Shown piece after piece: positions 41,599 to 52,939 of a DNA stretch of 64,000 nucleotides; position 1 is the stretch's first letter, and each line of letters begins with the position of its first letter. The notes under the pieces are model-generated. The model was not told the origin of the DNA, searched no databases, and saw only the letters and a list, made by a program, of their open reading frames with translations. A program made the position numbers and the translations under genes. Source of the DNA: Candidatus Versatilivorator sp. (GTDB lineage: Bacteria; Acidobacteriota; Terriglobia; Versatilivoradales; Versatilivoraceae). Where the stretch lies: the NCBI GenBank assembly GCA_965262635.1, contig OZ253547.1:2257598-2321597 (forward strand), read 5' to 3'.

Positions 41599-42375
41599 GT
41601 GGCGGTTACCATTTCAGTTCTGGGCAGCGGGAGTTCCGGCAACTGTACCTTCATTGCCACCGGAAGAGTCAAATTGCTTCTGGATGCGGGATTCAGTCGA
41701 GCCCAGACGGCCAGGAGGCTGCTGGCCATCGGAGAAACGCTGGAAGGCATTGATGCCTTGGTCATCTCACACGAGCACTCCGACCACGTCAAGGGCCTTC
41801 CGGGGCTCCTGAAGACCTGTGATATTCTCACCTTCGTCGGAGACGCCACCTACGAGGCGCTCTCACTCAAGCCGGTGTTGAAGAGGAGGGAATGCCTCAG
41901 GGCTGGTGAGTCGTTTCAGCTTGGCGACGTGACCATATCCCCGTTTTCCGTTCCCCACGACGCTGCCGACCCCCTGGCATTCAATCTGGAAGCCGAGGGA
42001 GTCAAAATCTCTCATGTGATGGACCTGGGCGTCCTCACCGAATTGGTGCGCCGCCGAATGGCGGGAAGTGACCTGCTGGTCCTGGAATCCAACCACGACC
42101 TGGAAATGTTGCGTCTCAGTCCCTACCCCTGGGCGGTGAAGCAACGAATCATGAGTCGTCATGGCCATCTTTCCAACGAAAGCGTCGGGAAATTCTTTGA
42201 GGAGGACTTTGACGGCAAGGCGGCATACATCCTGCTGGCTCACCTGAGCGAGAACAACAACCACCCCGATATCGCGCGCATGGTCGCCCTTAAAGCATTG
42301 GAAAATAGAGGGTTTGATTTGGACAACCTGATCTTGGCCTCTCGGTCCGGTCCGAGCAGGGTCATCCGCCTTTAG
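41599..42375 (+). CDS. MBL-fold metallo-hydrolase (YycJ/WalJ-like)
   Basis: LGSGSSGN, SHEHSDH, HDA, ESNHD, GHLSN, LAHLSENNN. Confidence 0.9.
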   Translation: MAVTISVLGSGSSGNCTFIATGRVKLLLDAGFSRAQTARRLLAIGETLEGIDALVISHEHSDHVKGLPGLLKTCDILTFVGDATYEALSLKPVLKRRECLRAGESFQLGDVTISPFSVPHDAADPLAFNLEAEGVKISHVMDLGVLTELVRRRMAGSDLLVLESNHDLEMLRLSPYPWAVKQRIMSRHGHLSNESVGKFFEEDFDGKAAYILLAHLSENNNHPDIARMVALKALENRGFDLDNLILASRSGPSRVIRL

Positions 42376-42634
42376 CCCGCATTTCTCACCAGGGGGTTGC
42401 ACTCTTCTCAAGAGTGCAACTTGGCGCAGGAATTTTTCCCTCAGGGCGTGCTCGCGAGCGAAGGGCGTAGCGGGGACTACGTTCGAGCGAGCCTGTGCGC
42501 GCTGAGGGGAAAAGGACAAGCCAGGGCGCGCCCAGCGCAGTCTGTAGCCGCGAGTTCCTTAAATGGCGCCAATCAAGGGTCTGAAGATAAACCGCTTTTC
42601 ACTATGCATTCAGCGACCTGGTGAGAAATGCGGG
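42376..42634. mobile_element. MITE family A copy 7 (259 bp)
   Basis: Perfect TIRs; TTAG on both flanks; the left TTAG contains the upstream stop codon. Confidence 0.92.
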
Positions 42635-42719
42635 TTAGGTCTCTTGAAGGCTGGATTGCCTGCAGGTCAGTCTGCCGGGCCTCCGGGGCCATGGCCGCTT
42701 TTCAGGAGGATCCCCCACC

Positions 42720-44015
42720 GTGATTGAGCGTTATACCCGGCCCCGCATGGGGCAGATCTGGTCTCCGGAAAACAAGTTCCGGAAGTGGTTGGAAGTGGAG
42801 TTGGCTTGTGTGGACGTCCTGGCTGAGCGGGGTGTGATCCCACGGGATGCCGCTCGGGTGATTCGGGAAAAGGCCGACTTCGATGTGTCCAGGATCGATG
42901 AAATTGAGCGCGAGGTCAAACATGACGTGGTCGCCTTTACCACCTCGGTGGCCGAGCACGTGGGTCCGGAGTCCCGATATGTTCACTACGGTCTGACCTC
43001 CTCCGACGTGGTGGATACGGCCCTGGCTCTACAGCTCAAGGAGGCTTCGGAGATACTGACCGAGGGACTGGCCGGGTTCCTGAAGGTGCTGGAAAGGCGT
43101 GCGCATGAGTTCAAGAGAACGGTCATGGTTGGCCGGACTCACGGCATTCATGCCGAACCGACCACGCTGGGCCTCAAGCTGGCCGTGTGGTACGAAGAAG
43201 CCCGCCGCAATCAGAGGCGGCTCCGGGCCGCTGCCGAATGCGTTCGTGTGGGCAAGTTGTCTGGAGCCGTCGGGACCTTTGCCCACCTCGATCCCACAGT
43301 GGAGGAAGCCGTTTGCCGGAGCCTGGGACTGCAGCCCGATCCGGTTTCGACCCAGATCGTGCAGCGCGACCGGCATGCCGAATACTTGTCGGCTCTGGCT
43401 CTGATTGCGGCCAGCCTGGAGAAGATCGCCACCGAAGTCCGGGGGCTGCAGCGCACCGAGGTTCGTGAGGTCGAGGAGTACTTCTCAGCCGGGCAGAAGG
43501 GCTCTTCGGCGATGCCGCACAAGAGGAATCCCGTGACCTCCGAACAGATATCCGGCCTGGCCCGGGTGGTGCGCTCCAATCTGCTGGCCGGCCTGGAAAA
43601 CATCACGCTGTGGCACGAGCGGGACATTTCCCACTCTTCGGTGGAGCGTGTGATTCTGCCGGATTCAACCATACTGGTCGACTATCTGTTGGCACGGACC
43701 ACGCGGCTGCTGGAAAAACTGCTGGTCTACCCGGAGCGCATGGTGGAGAACCTGAATATGACGAAGGGGCTGATCTTTTCCGGCCAGCTTCTCCTCGACC
43801 TCACCCGCAAGGGCGTCAGCCGAGAGGAGGCCTATCGATGGGTGCAGCGAAACGCCATGCGAGTCTGGTCGGAGAGGGTGGATTTCAAGAGCCTGGTCCT
43901 TCAGGACGAGGAGATTCTCCAACATCTGTCCCGCTCCGAGATCGAAACCAGCTTCGGTCTGGAGCACCAGTTGCGCCACGTGGATGCCGTATTCGAACGT
44001 GTTTTCGGTGGATGA
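42720..44015 (+). CDS. purB: Adenylosuccinate lyase
   Basis: IERYTRP, HDVVAF, GRTHG, GSSAMPHKRNP. Confidence 0.97.
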   Translation: MIERYTRPRMGQIWSPENKFRKWLEVELACVDVLAERGVIPRDAARVIREKADFDVSRIDEIEREVKHDVVAFTTSVAEHVGPESRYVHYGLTSSDVVDTALALQLKEASEILTEGLAGFLKVLERRAHEFKRTVMVGRTHGIHAEPTTLGLKLAVWYEEARRNQRRLRAAAECVRVGKLSGAVGTFAHLDPTVEEAVCRSLGLQPDPVSTQIVQRDRHAEYLSALALIAASLEKIATEVRGLQRTEVREVEEYFSAGQKGSSAMPHKRNPVTSEQISGLARVVRSNLLAGLENITLWHERDISHSSVERVILPDSTILVDYLLARTTRLLEKLLVYPERMVENLNMTKGLIFSGQLLLDLTRKGVSREEAYRWVQRNAMRVWSERVDFKSLVLQDEEILQHLSRSEIETSFGLEHQLRHVDAVFERVFGG

Positions 44016-44046
44016 GCGGTTTTCGGGAAAGGATCAGGAAAGCTCC

Positions 44047-44289
44047 ATGCGGGCTAGAGTTTACGTCAGTCTCAAGAAAAGCGTTCTGGACCCCCAGGGC
44101 AAGACCATCCACCACAGTTTGCAGAATATCGGCTTTCGAAAGATTACCGAGGTGCGGCAGGGGAAATTTTTCGAAATCGACTTTGCCTCCGAGCTGACTC
44201 GGGAAGAAGTTCGGGCTGAAGTCGAAAAAATAGCCGAGGACGTTTTGACCAACCCGGTCATTGAGGAATTCAGCTACCAGATCGAGTAG
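44047..44289 (+). CDS. purS: FGAM synthase subunit PurS
   Basis: VLDPQG, VRQGK, LTNPVIE. Confidence 0.95.
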   Translation: MRARVYVSLKKSVLDPQGKTIHHSLQNIGFRKITEVRQGKFFEIDFASELTREEVRAEVEKIAEDVLTNPVIEEFSYQIE

Positions 44290-44385
44290 TTCCGTCCGGC
44301 ATGGAGGGAGGCGGTCGTGGCAAAAGGAAGTCCCCTCCTCCACGGCCAACCCTTGCTGCGACCGGTTTCCAGCGGATGGTTGAAG

Positions 44386-45090
44386 ATGAAATTCGGGGTC
44401 CTGATTTTCCCGGGCAGCAATTGTGAGCACGATGCCTATCACGCCGTTCGCAAGGTGCTGCAGCAGCCGGCTGAGTTCATCTGGCATCAGTCCACCGACC
44501 TCAAGGATTGCCAGGCCATCATCGTTCCCGGGGGATTTTCCTACGGAGATTACCTGCGCACCGGGGCCATTGCCCGTTTCTCTCCGGTGATGGGGGCGGT
44601 TCGGCGTTTCGCCGACCTGGGCGGATTGGTCCTGGGCATCTGCAACGGCTTCCAGATTCTGTTGGAGTCGGGGCTGCTGCCGGGAGCCATGCTGAGAAAC
44701 CGGGGGTTGAAGTATGTGTGTCAACAGGTCTCGATTCGGGTGGAGAACGCGCGGACTCCCTTTACCGGCCTGGCCAGGGAAGGCGATGTCTGGACCATCC
44801 CCATCGGGCACATGGAGGGCAACTACACCCTTGACTCCGAATCTCTCCATACCTTGGAGACAAATCGGCAGGTGGTATTTCGCTACTGCACCCCGGACGG
44901 TGAGATTGCCCCCGGCTCCAATCCCAACGGCTCGGTGGCCAATGTGGCCGGGATCTGCAATCCCCGTGGCAACGTGCTGGGAATGATGCCCCATCCGGAA
45001 AGAGCCAGCGAACTGCTGCTGGGAAGCGAGGACGGGATGCTGCTTTTTCAATCGATGATTCATGCAAGCCAATCCGCCGATGACACCTGA
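44386..45090 (+). CDS. purQ: FGAM synthase subunit PurQ
   Basis: [30 protein letters not shown]. Confidence 0.96.
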   Translation: MKFGVLIFPGSNCEHDAYHAVRKVLQQPAEFIWHQSTDLKDCQAIIVPGGFSYGDYLRTGAIARFSPVMGAVRRFADLGGLVLGICNGFQILLESGLLPGAMLRNRGLKYVCQQVSIRVENARTPFTGLAREGDVWTIPIGHMEGNYTLDSESLHTLETNRQVVFRYCTPDGEIAPGSNPNGSVANVAGICNPRGNVLGMMPHPERASELLLGSEDGMLLFQSMIHASQSADDT

Positions 45091-47344
45091 GGTCCTGGAG
45101 CAGCACAACCTGACCGAAGCCGAATACGACCGCATTCTGTCGATCCTGGGCCGTCCGCCCAACCTGACGGAACTGGGGATCTTCAGTGTCATGTGGAGCG
45201 AACACTGCAGTTACAAGAGTTCCAAGCTCCATTTGAAGCGGTTGCCGACTCAGGGCCCCCAGGTGCTGCAGGGACCCGGCGAGAACGCCGGGATCGTCGA
45301 TATCGGGGACGGCTACGCGGTGGCCTTCAAGATAGAGTCCCACAACCACCCCAGCTTCGTAGAACCCTACCAGGGAGCGGCCACCGGCGTCGGGGGGATT
45401 TTGCGCGACATCTTTACCATGGGCGCCCGTCCCATTGCCGCCATGAACTCCTTGCGCTTCGGGCCGCCCGACCAGCCCCGAAACCGGCGCATCATGGAGG
45501 GCGTCGTGGCCGGAATCGCCGGATACGGCAACTGTTTCGGGGTGCCTACCGTGGGTGGGGAAGTTGTGTTTGGGGAATGTTACTCCCAAAACCCCCTGGT
45601 CAATGCCTTTGCCCTGGGGCTGTTCCGGAAGGATCGGATCTTTTACGGGAAAGCCGTGGGAATCGGGAATCCGGTGCTCTACGTCGGTTCCAAAACCGGT
45701 AGGGACGGGATTCATGGGGCCACCATGGCTTCGGCCGAGTTCGATGAAGCCTCGGAGAGCAAGCGCCCCAATGTGCAAGTCGGCGATCCCTTTCTGGAGA
45801 AACTGTTGCTGGAAGCCTGCCTGGAGTCGATGAAGACGGGCGCCGTGGTGGGTATCCAGGACATGGGGGCCGCCGGACTGACCTGTTCCACCTGTGAGAT
45901 GGGGGGGCGGGCGGACACCGGGATTGAGATCGATCTGGCGAAGGTGCCTCAGCGCGAGCAGGGCATGACTCCCTATGAGATCATGCTGAGCGAATCCCAG
46001 GAGAGGATGCTTCTGGTGGCGGAACGGGGGAGGGAAGAGGAGATTCTCCGGATCTTCCGAAAGTGGGAGATCGACGCCGTCACGATTGGAAAGGTCACCC
46101 GGGACGGGATGCTCCGCATCCTGGACCGGGGAAAGAAAGTGGCCGAAATACCCAATCGAGCCTTGACCGATGAGGCCCCCGTTTACCGGCGACCGGTGGC
46201 GGCCCCCGCGCCGCCCTCGCCGGAGCCGGCCCCGCCGTCCGGGTCCCTGTCCCTGGATTGGGGCAAGGTCCTGGAATGCTTTCTGGGTTCTCCCAACCTG
46301 AGCTCCCGGGAGTGGGTCTATCGCCAATACGACCACATGGTGCGGACCAATACGGTTCAGGCTCCCGGCGCCGACGCGGCGGTGGTTCGAGTCAAGAACA
46401 CCCGGAAGGCCCTGGCCATGAGCCTGGATGGCAACGGCCGTTACTGCCGTCAGGACCCTCGGGTGGGAGCCCAGTTGTCGGTGGCCGAGAGCTGCCGCAA
46501 CCTCGTCTGTGCCGGAGCCCGTCCCCTGGCGGCTACCAACTGCCTGAATCTGGGCAATCCGGAAAAGCCCGAAATCATGTGGCAAGTGACCCAGGTGGTT
46601 GAAGGGATCGCCGAAGCCTGCCGCGCCCTGGAAACTCCCATCACCGGCGGAAACGTCAGCTTGTACAACGAGACGCTGGGGGAGGGTATCGACCCCACTC
46701 CCGTCATTGGAATGGTGGGGTTGATCGAGCCGCTTTCTCGCCTTCGGGGCTCCTGGTTTCTCCAGGAGGGCCATCGGATCGTCTTGCTGGGTCCGCTGGT
46801 TGGCCAGCCGACGAGCTATTCGAGCGCTGTGCGCCGCAACCTGGCGAAGCTGCGGCGCTTGCAGGAAACGGGCGGAGATGTCTATACCCGGTGGGTCCGT
46901 GCGCTTCCCTGTCCGCCCCTGGACCTGGACCTGGAGGTTCGCGTTCAGAGGACCTGCCGGGAGGGCATCGAGAACGGCTTGATTCTCTCCGCTCACGACT
47001 GTTCGGAGGGGGGATTGGCAGTGGCCCTGGCGGAGATGGGCTTTTCCCGCTTTGGCGGCAGGACTCTGGGGGCTGAGATCCGGTTGCCCGCGGCCGAAGA
47101 GGTGGGAGAGGTGTTGTTCGCAGAATATCCCTCCCGGATTCTGGTCACTGTTGAGACGGAAAACCTGGCAGCCCTTGAGAGGATTGCGGCGCTCCAGGGC
47201 GTGCCGGTGACTTTACTGGGACAGGTGGTTCCGGAAGTGTTGAGCCTGCGCAGCACAGATTCCACCGTCATCGAGAAATCGATGGTCTCCCTGGAGGAGA
47301 CCTGGAGGAATTGTCTGGGAGGTTTGTTCGCCGATCCATTATAA
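45062..47344 (+). CDS. purL: FGAM synthase subunit PurL
   Basis: [34 protein letters not shown]; start could also be 45080. Confidence 0.96.
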   Translation: MQANPPMTPEVLEQHNLTEAEYDRILSILGRPPNLTELGIFSVMWSEHCSYKSSKLHLKRLPTQGPQVLQGPGENAGIVDIGDGYAVAFKIESHNHPSFVEPYQGAATGVGGILRDIFTMGARPIAAMNSLRFGPPDQPRNRRIMEGVVAGIAGYGNCFGVPTVGGEVVFGECYSQNPLVNAFALGLFRKDRIFYGKAVGIGNPVLYVGSKTGRDGIHGATMASAEFDEASESKRPNVQVGDPFLEKLLLEACLESMKTGAVVGIQDMGAAGLTCSTCEMGGRADTGIEIDLAKVPQREQGMTPYEIMLSESQERMLLVAERGREEEILRIFRKWEIDAVTIGKVTRDGMLRILDRGKKVAEIPNRALTDEAPVYRRPVAAPAPPSPEPAPPSGSLSLDWGKVLECFLGSPNLSSREWVYRQYDHMVRTNTVQAPGADAAVVRVKNTRKALAMSLDGNGRYCRQDPRVGAQLSVAESCRNLVCAGARPLAATNCLNLGNPEKPEIMWQVTQVVEGIAEACRALETPITGGNVSLYNETLGEGIDPTPVIGMVGLIEPLSRLRGSWFLQEGHRIVLLGPLVGQPTSYSSAVRRNLAKLRRLQETGGDVYTRWVRALPCPPLDLDLEVRVQRTCREGIENGLILSAHDCSEGGLAVALAEMGFSRFGGRTLGAEIRLPAAEEVGEVLFAEYPSRILVTVETENLAALERIAALQGVPVTLLGQVVPEVLSLRSTDSTVIEKSMVSLEETWRNCLGGLFADPL

Positions 47345-47436
47345 TTTTCCGGTAGCGCCGCCCGTCATCCGTGTGATCAGTCCCACCAATGGCACAGGCT
47401 GCGGTCCGGACAAAATGAGGTGTCCCTGGGGAACCA

Positions 47437-48828
47437 ATGCTTGACAAGTTTCGGGAAGAGTGCGGAGTCTTTGGGGTTTTTGGACATCGTGAGGCGTCCC
47501 GGATCGCCTATCTGGGCCTGTACGCCCTTCAGCATCGGGGCCAGGAGAGCGCGGGAATCGTCTCGACCGATGCCAACGACCTCCACAGCGAGACGGGGAT
47601 GGGCCATGTGGCCGACATCTTTACCCAGTCTCGCCTGGAGAATCTGAAGGGGGAGACGGCCATTGGCCATACCCGCTACTCGACGGCGGGTGAGAGCGCG
47701 GCGAAAAACGCCCAGCCCCTGGTGGTTTCCTGCAGCCAGGGGGAGTTGGCGCTCTGTCATAATGGGAACCTTATCAATGCCTTGCAGGTGAGGGGCCAGC
47801 TTGAGAAGTCCGGCTCGATCTTTCAGTCCACCAGCGATAGCGAGGTCATTCTTCACCTCATTGCCCGATCCCGCCAGGGAACCATCGAGGACGCCATCCA
47901 GGAAGCGCTGTCGCAATTGACAGGGGCCTACTCGCTGATTTTCCTGACCCACGAAAAAGTCATTGCCGTTCGGGATCCGCGGGGATTCCGTCCCCTCAAC
48001 CTGGGCTGGCTGGACGGCTCTCCGGTGCTGGCGTCGGAGACCTGTGCCTTTGACCTCATCGAGGCCCGGTATGACCGGGAAGTCGCCCCCGGGGAGATGC
48101 TGACGCTTTTCAAGGGCGGGATCCGGTCTCGCCAGATCTCGCCGCCGCGGCCTCCTTCCTTTTGCGTCTTCGAGCACGTCTACTTTTCCAGGCCCGACAG
48201 CCAGATCTTTGGCCGGTCCGTTTACGAAAGCCGTCAGCTCCTGGGGCGATGCCTGGCGCAGGAGCAGCCGGTGGAGGCCGACATCGTCGTACCAGTGCCG
48301 GATTCCGGAGTGGCTGCGGCCATCGGCTTCTCCCATGAATCGGGGATCCAGTTCGAATTCGGACTTATCCGCAACCACTATGTCGGCAGGACCTTTATCG
48401 AGCCCAAGCAGTCCATTCGCCATTTCGGGGTCAAGATCAAGTTGAATCCGGTGGCGGCGTTGATCCGGGGGAAGCGAGTCGTTCTGGTGGACGATTCCCT
48501 CGTGAGAGGAACGACCAGCCGCAAGATAGTCAAGATGGTCCGGGATGCCGGCGCCCAGGAAGTCCATGTGCGGATCAGTTGCCCACCGACGATCTCCCCC
48601 TGCTTTTACGGGGTGGACACGCCTACCAAGAAAGAGTTGATTGCGTCCAGCCATTCGGTGGACGAAATTCGCAAATACATCCAGGCGGATACCTTGGGAT
48701 ATTTAAGCCACGAAGGCATGCTCCGCGCTTGTGGTGTGGAAGAGGGCCAAGGCCACTTCTGCTCGGCTTGCTATACTGGCAACTATCCGGTGCCTTTTCC
48801 TCAGATGCCTGCGGTCGAGACTGCCTGA
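47437..48828 (+). CDS. purF: Amidophosphoribosyltransferase
   Basis: EECGVFG, QHRGQE, VDDSLVRGTT, Fe-S cysteines. Confidence 0.97.
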   Translation: MLDKFREECGVFGVFGHREASRIAYLGLYALQHRGQESAGIVSTDANDLHSETGMGHVADIFTQSRLENLKGETAIGHTRYSTAGESAAKNAQPLVVSCSQGELALCHNGNLINALQVRGQLEKSGSIFQSTSDSEVILHLIARSRQGTIEDAIQEALSQLTGAYSLIFLTHEKVIAVRDPRGFRPLNLGWLDGSPVLASETCAFDLIEARYDREVAPGEMLTLFKGGIRSRQISPPRPPSFCVFEHVYFSRPDSQIFGRSVYESRQLLGRCLAQEQPVEADIVVPVPDSGVAAAIGFSHESGIQFEFGLIRNHYVGRTFIEPKQSIRHFGVKIKLNPVAALIRGKRVVLVDDSLVRGTTSRKIVKMVRDAGAQEVHVRISCPPTISPCFYGVDTPTKKELIASSHSVDEIRKYIQADTLGYLSHEGMLRACGVEEGQGHFCSACYTGNYPVPFPQMPAVETA

Positions 48829-48901
48829 GCCGGTCCTGGCGGCAGGGCCCCCAACGGTGGGCGCCGCCCCTTGTCCGCGGGAGCGAAGCTTTTTCTAGCC
48901 C

Positions 48902-49945
48902 ATGACTGCCAAGACCGTCTTTGCCTACCGGGACGCCGGTGTGGATATCGACCGGGCCGATGCCGCCAAGAAACGCATCAAGGCGCTGGCCCGCCAGACC
49001 TTTACGCCTGAGGTGGTCAGCGAGATCGGCGCCTTCGGCGGACTCTTCCGCCTGGAAAGAGGGCGTTCGACCCGGCCCATCCTGGTGTCCAGTGTGGATG
49101 GTGTCGGGACCAAGCTCAAGATTGCCTTTGCCACCGGGATCCATCACACCGTGGGCAGGGATCTGGTGGCTCACTGTGTCAACGACATCCTGGTTCAGGG
49201 AGCCGCGCCCCTCTTCTTCATGGACTACATCGCAACCGATCGGATGGAACCGGAGATCATCGCCAAGGTGGTGGAGGGGATAGCCGCCGGTTGCCGGGAG
49301 GCGGGATGTGCCCTGCTGGGCGGGGAAACGGCCCAGATGCCGGGGTTCTACTCCAGCGGGGAGTACGATCTGGCCGGTTTCATCGTGGGACTGGTCGATC
49401 AGTCGCACCTGCTGGACGGACAACGCATCCGGCCGGGAGATGCCATCCTGGGACTGGCATCGACGGGGTTGCACACCAACGGTTACTCCCTGGCACGGAA
49501 GTTGTTGTTCGAGGTGGGCGGCTATGAGGTGAGTACCCGGCTTTCCCCGTTGACGCTTCCCTTGGGAGAAGTACTGCTGCAGCCCCATCGAAGCTATCTG
49601 TCCCTGCTGAAACCGCTGCTGGATCGGGGATGTCTCAGCGGGCTGGCCCACATCACCGGGGGGGGATTGACTGACAATCTCCCGCGCATTCTCCCCGGCG
49701 GCTGCTCGGCTCACATTCAACTGGAATCCTGGCCCGAGCCACCCATTTTCGGCGTGCTTCAGAAGCTGGGGCAGATCGATGAGGCCGAGATGCTGCGTAC
49801 CTTCAATATGGGTATCGGCATGGCGCTGATCGTTCCGCCCGCGGAAGTGGCCAAGGTGGAAGAACATCTTGCCCGGAGCCGGGAGCCGGTATACCGGATC
49901 GGTAACATCCGTTCGGGGAAACGTCGGGTTTGCTACAGCCGGTAA
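48902..49945 (+). CDS. purM: AIR synthetase
   Basis: AGVDID, DGVGTK, GGETA, HITGGG, TFNMG. Confidence 0.97.
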   Translation: MTAKTVFAYRDAGVDIDRADAAKKRIKALARQTFTPEVVSEIGAFGGLFRLERGRSTRPILVSSVDGVGTKLKIAFATGIHHTVGRDLVAHCVNDILVQGAAPLFFMDYIATDRMEPEIIAKVVEGIAAGCREAGCALLGGETAQMPGFYSSGEYDLAGFIVGLVDQSHLLDGQRIRPGDAILGLASTGLHTNGYSLARKLLFEVGGYEVSTRLSPLTLPLGEVLLQPHRSYLSLLKPLLDRGCLSGLAHITGGGLTDNLPRILPGGCSAHIQLESWPEPPIFGVLQKLGQIDEAEMLRTFNMGIGMALIVPPAEVAKVEEHLARSREPVYRIGNIRSGKRRVCYSR

Positions 49946-50008
49946 AGGCAGCGGCGGGTCGCGTTGTTGGTTGCCGGTAGCCGAGCCTTCCGGATGGGTG
50001 GGCGTCAG

Positions 50009-50611
50009 GTGAAACGTCTTGCGATCTTGCTGTCCGGGCGCGGCTCCAACTTCGAGGCCATCGCCGACAGTGTCCAGGAGGGCCGTTTGCCGGCCCGCAT
50101 CGAGTTGGTGGTCAGCAACCTGGCCTCGGCCGCCGGACTGGAAAAAGCACGGCGGCGGGGTTTGAAAACGGTCGTCATCCCCTCCGCGGGTGTGGCTCGG
50201 GAGGACTATGACCGGCGCCTGGTCGAGGAGTTGAAGCGGCACCGGGTGGAGCTGGTTTGCCTGGCCGGGTTCATGCGGATCCTCAGTCCCTTCTTCGTCC
50301 GGTCCTTTCCCAACCGAATCCTGAACATCCATCCCTCCCTGCTGCCGGCCTTTCCCGGACTGCATCCCCAGCGTCAGGCGCTGGAGTCCGGGGTCCGCTT
50401 CTCGGGCTGCACCGTCCACTTCGTGGATGAAGGGGTGGATTCGGGTCCCATTCTGCTGCAGGCCGTGGTGCCGGTACTGGAGTCCGATGACGAAGAGTCC
50501 CTGGCCCAGAGGATCCTGGTGGAAGAGCATCGGCTCTATCCCCGGGCGATCGGCATGGTGGTCCGGGATGAAGTGCGCCTGGAAGGCCGACGGGTGGTCC
50601 GCGGGTCCTGA
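50009..50611 (+). CDS. purN: GAR transformylase
   Basis: SGRGSN, LAGFMRIL, NIHPSLLP, GCTVHFV; start could also be 49994. Confidence 0.96.
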   Translation: MKRLAILLSGRGSNFEAIADSVQEGRLPARIELVVSNLASAAGLEKARRRGLKTVVIPSAGVAREDYDRRLVEELKRHRVELVCLAGFMRILSPFFVRSFPNRILNIHPSLLPAFPGLHPQRQALESGVRFSGCTVHFVDEGVDSGPILLQAVVPVLESDDEESLAQRILVEEHRLYPRAIGMVVRDEVRLEGRRVVRGS

Positions 50612-50640
50612 CTGCCGGATCGCAGAGCCCTGGCTACTGC

Positions 50641-50845
50641 TTAGCCGGCCCCCGCGCTACCGTGCGGATCATTCGAGAAATAACGGACGATCGTTAATGA
50701 AGACGAACCACAAATGGACACAAATGAACACGAATAATCCTGTTAATCCTGTGCATCGATGTTAATCAAAAATCTACCAGTGTTCGACACCGAGACCAGA
50801 CGTCGGAATCGTTGGGTGTCACTTCGTATCCTTATGTGGGTAACC
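50641..50845. repeat. Mosaic repeat cluster (family B end plus 9-mer arrays)
   Basis: Reverse-complement match to 17965-18060; CACAAATGGACACAAATGAACACG and AATCCTGTTAATCCTGT microrepeats. Confidence 0.7.
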
Positions 50846-50912
50846 CTTTAACCGATTTTTCTTCACCCGACCCCAGAGTTGTTTCGTGTAAGTAGAGGGG
50901 AATGGCTTAACC

Positions 50913-52130
50913 GTGACTGTTGAGGAACAACTGACCTTCCTGCAACAGGGAGTCGCCGAGTTGATTCGACCGGAGGAGCTTCGAGCCCGGCTGGTTGGCT
51001 CGGCTGAAACCGGAAGGCCATTGCGGATCAAGGCCGGTTTCGATCCGACGGCGCCGGACCTGCATCTGGGCCATACAGTGATGCTGCGCAGCATGAGGCG
51101 TTTTCAGGACCTGGGCCACACGGTCATCTTCCTGATCGGCGACTTCACCGGTTTGATCGGGGACCCCTCCGGGCGTAGCGCCACCCGCAAGCCTTTGAGC
51201 CGGGAAGAGGTGGCGGAGAATGCCGAGACCTACAAGCAGCAAGTGTTCAAGATCCTGGATCCGGGAAAGACCATCATCGACTTCAACAGCCGTTGGATGA
51301 CGCTCTTCAGCAGCGAGCAGTTTCTCAAGTTGGCCTCCCGCTACACCGTGGCCCGCATGCTGGAGAGAGACGACTTCAGCAAGCGCTTGAAGAAGTCACA
51401 GCCTGTCGCCATTCACGAGCTCATTTATCCCCTGGTTCAAGGGTACGATTCGGTGGTGTTGCAGGCCGACGTGGAAATGGGCGGCACCGATCAGAAGTTC
51501 AATCTGCTGGTTGGGCGGGAACTGCAGAGGGAATATGGACAGGAACCCCAAGTGCTGCTGATGCTGCCGCTGCTGGAGGGATTGGACGGGGTGCAGAAGA
51601 TGTCCAAATCCTTGGGAAACGCCATTGGGATCCAGGAACCGGCCTCGGAGATCTTCGGGAAGGTCATGTCGATTTCGGATGCCCTCATGTATCGCTACTA
51701 CGAGCTCTGTACCGACCTGAGCTCGTACGAGATCGACCGAATCCGAAAACAGGTGGCAGAAGGCAGCCTGCATCCCAAGGCTGCCAAGGTGGACCTGGCC
51801 AAAAGCATCGTGCGGGAGTTTCATTCGCGCCAGGCCGCCGACCGGGCCGAGGAAGAGTTCCATCGCATCCATTCTCAGAGGCTGGTCCCCGATCGGATGG
51901 AGGAGAAAAGGCTGCCGGTTTCTACGGAGCGGCTACGGCTTTCGAAAGTGATGGTACGGGTGGGGCTGGCCCCCTCGGTGGGCCAGGCCGTTCGTTTGAT
52001 CACCCAGGATGCGGTATCCCTGAACCATCAGAAGGTCACCGACGTCAAGGCGGAGATGGATTGTTCCCGACCCTCCTCCTCTGTCCTGAAGGTGGGGAAG
52101 CGCGGCTTCGTGAAGGTGATTGTCGGGTGA
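50913..52130 (+). CDS. tyrS: Tyrosine--tRNA ligase
   Basis: [27 protein letters not shown]-terminal S4 domain. Confidence 0.97.
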   Translation: MTVEEQLTFLQQGVAELIRPEELRARLVGSAETGRPLRIKAGFDPTAPDLHLGHTVMLRSMRRFQDLGHTVIFLIGDFTGLIGDPSGRSATRKPLSREEVAENAETYKQQVFKILDPGKTIIDFNSRWMTLFSSEQFLKLASRYTVARMLERDDFSKRLKKSQPVAIHELIYPLVQGYDSVVLQADVEMGGTDQKFNLLVGRELQREYGQEPQVLLMLPLLEGLDGVQKMSKSLGNAIGIQEPASEIFGKVMSISDALMYRYYELCTDLSSYEIDRIRKQVAEGSLHPKAAKVDLAKSIVREFHSRQAADRAEEEFHRIHSQRLVPDRMEEKRLPVSTERLRLSKVMVRVGLAPSVGQAVRLITQDAVSLNHQKVTDVKAEMDCSRPSSSVLKVGKRGFVKVIVG

Positions 52131-52144
52131 GCCTGCCGGGAGCG

Positions 52145-52180
52145 GAACCGTGGGAATCACGGGATCTCCCCGGTTTTTTT
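52145..52180 (+). terminator. Possible intrinsic terminator after tyrS
   Basis: Imperfect stem AACCG-T-GGGA...TCCCCGGTT followed by a T tract. Confidence 0.45.
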
Positions 52181-52394
52181 GAGGGAGGCGGGTCGTCGCA
52201 GTCCATCCTGCCAAACCTCTGAATCGTATTTCCGGATCGGGACTCATTTTTCCGTTTTGCCCATTCGGTCCTTCCCCGAAATCAGGGGGATCACTCGTCA
52301 TGGTGCTCATCGGTTGACAGAGTAACGATGGTTGGAGTAACCTTGCTCGTGAAGTCACAGAAACCATGACAATTCTTGGGAAGCGGGAGGAACT

Positions 52395-52715
52395 ATGAGA
52401 AACGCAGTGCTGATTTTCTTGCTGGCGGTTGCGCTGACAGGCGGCCATCTCATGGCGGGTGAGGCCTTGACGGGACACATCTCGGATGCCAAGTGCGGCG
52501 CTGCCCACGTCGACCATTCCGCCAAGTCGATCGGTTGCGTCACGGGGTGTGTGAATGGCGGTGAGAAGCCCGTGTTCGTCACGGGAGACAAGAAAGTCCT
52601 CCAGATCGCCAATGCCGACAAGGTGATGGCCCATCTCGGCCACAAGGTGGAGGTCACCGGCAAGGTGATGGACGGAACCCTGACCATCAAGTCGGTGAAG
52701 CACCTGGCCCCTTAA
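52395..52715 (+). CDS. Small secreted Cys/His protein
   Basis: RBS GGGAGG, signal peptide, SDAKCGAAH...CVTGC, OB-fold-like KVEVTG tail. Confidence 0.75.
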   Translation: MRNAVLIFLLAVALTGGHLMAGEALTGHISDAKCGAAHVDHSAKSIGCVTGCVNGGEKPVFVTGDKKVLQIANADKVMAHLGHKVEVTGKVMDGTLTIKSVKHLAP

Positions 52716-52939
52716 GGGTTGCACCCGACGGCAATCTTCCGGGGTAGGCGATTCGGCCTTGCCCCGTTTCCTTTCTGCAGGTCGCTGACCGGCTGAGTCC
52801 CCGTTGCGCCAGGGGTGCGACGGGGACCGTAGTTTCCTCCAAGGCAGTCCCTTGCCCCCCCCTATCTCATTTTGTGGAACTGCATCCTCCGACCCGGGGA
52901 GTTGGAGCCCAGCCCCTCAGCTTGTGCCATAATGGTTTC

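Noticed and set aside
44762-50530. 744-aa, 425-aa and 635-aa minus-strand ORFs
   Set aside because: Antisense to well-supported pur genes.
50612-50912. T-box leader upstream of tyrS
   Set aside because: No T-box consensus (UGGNACC) seen; the region is explained by dispersed repeats.
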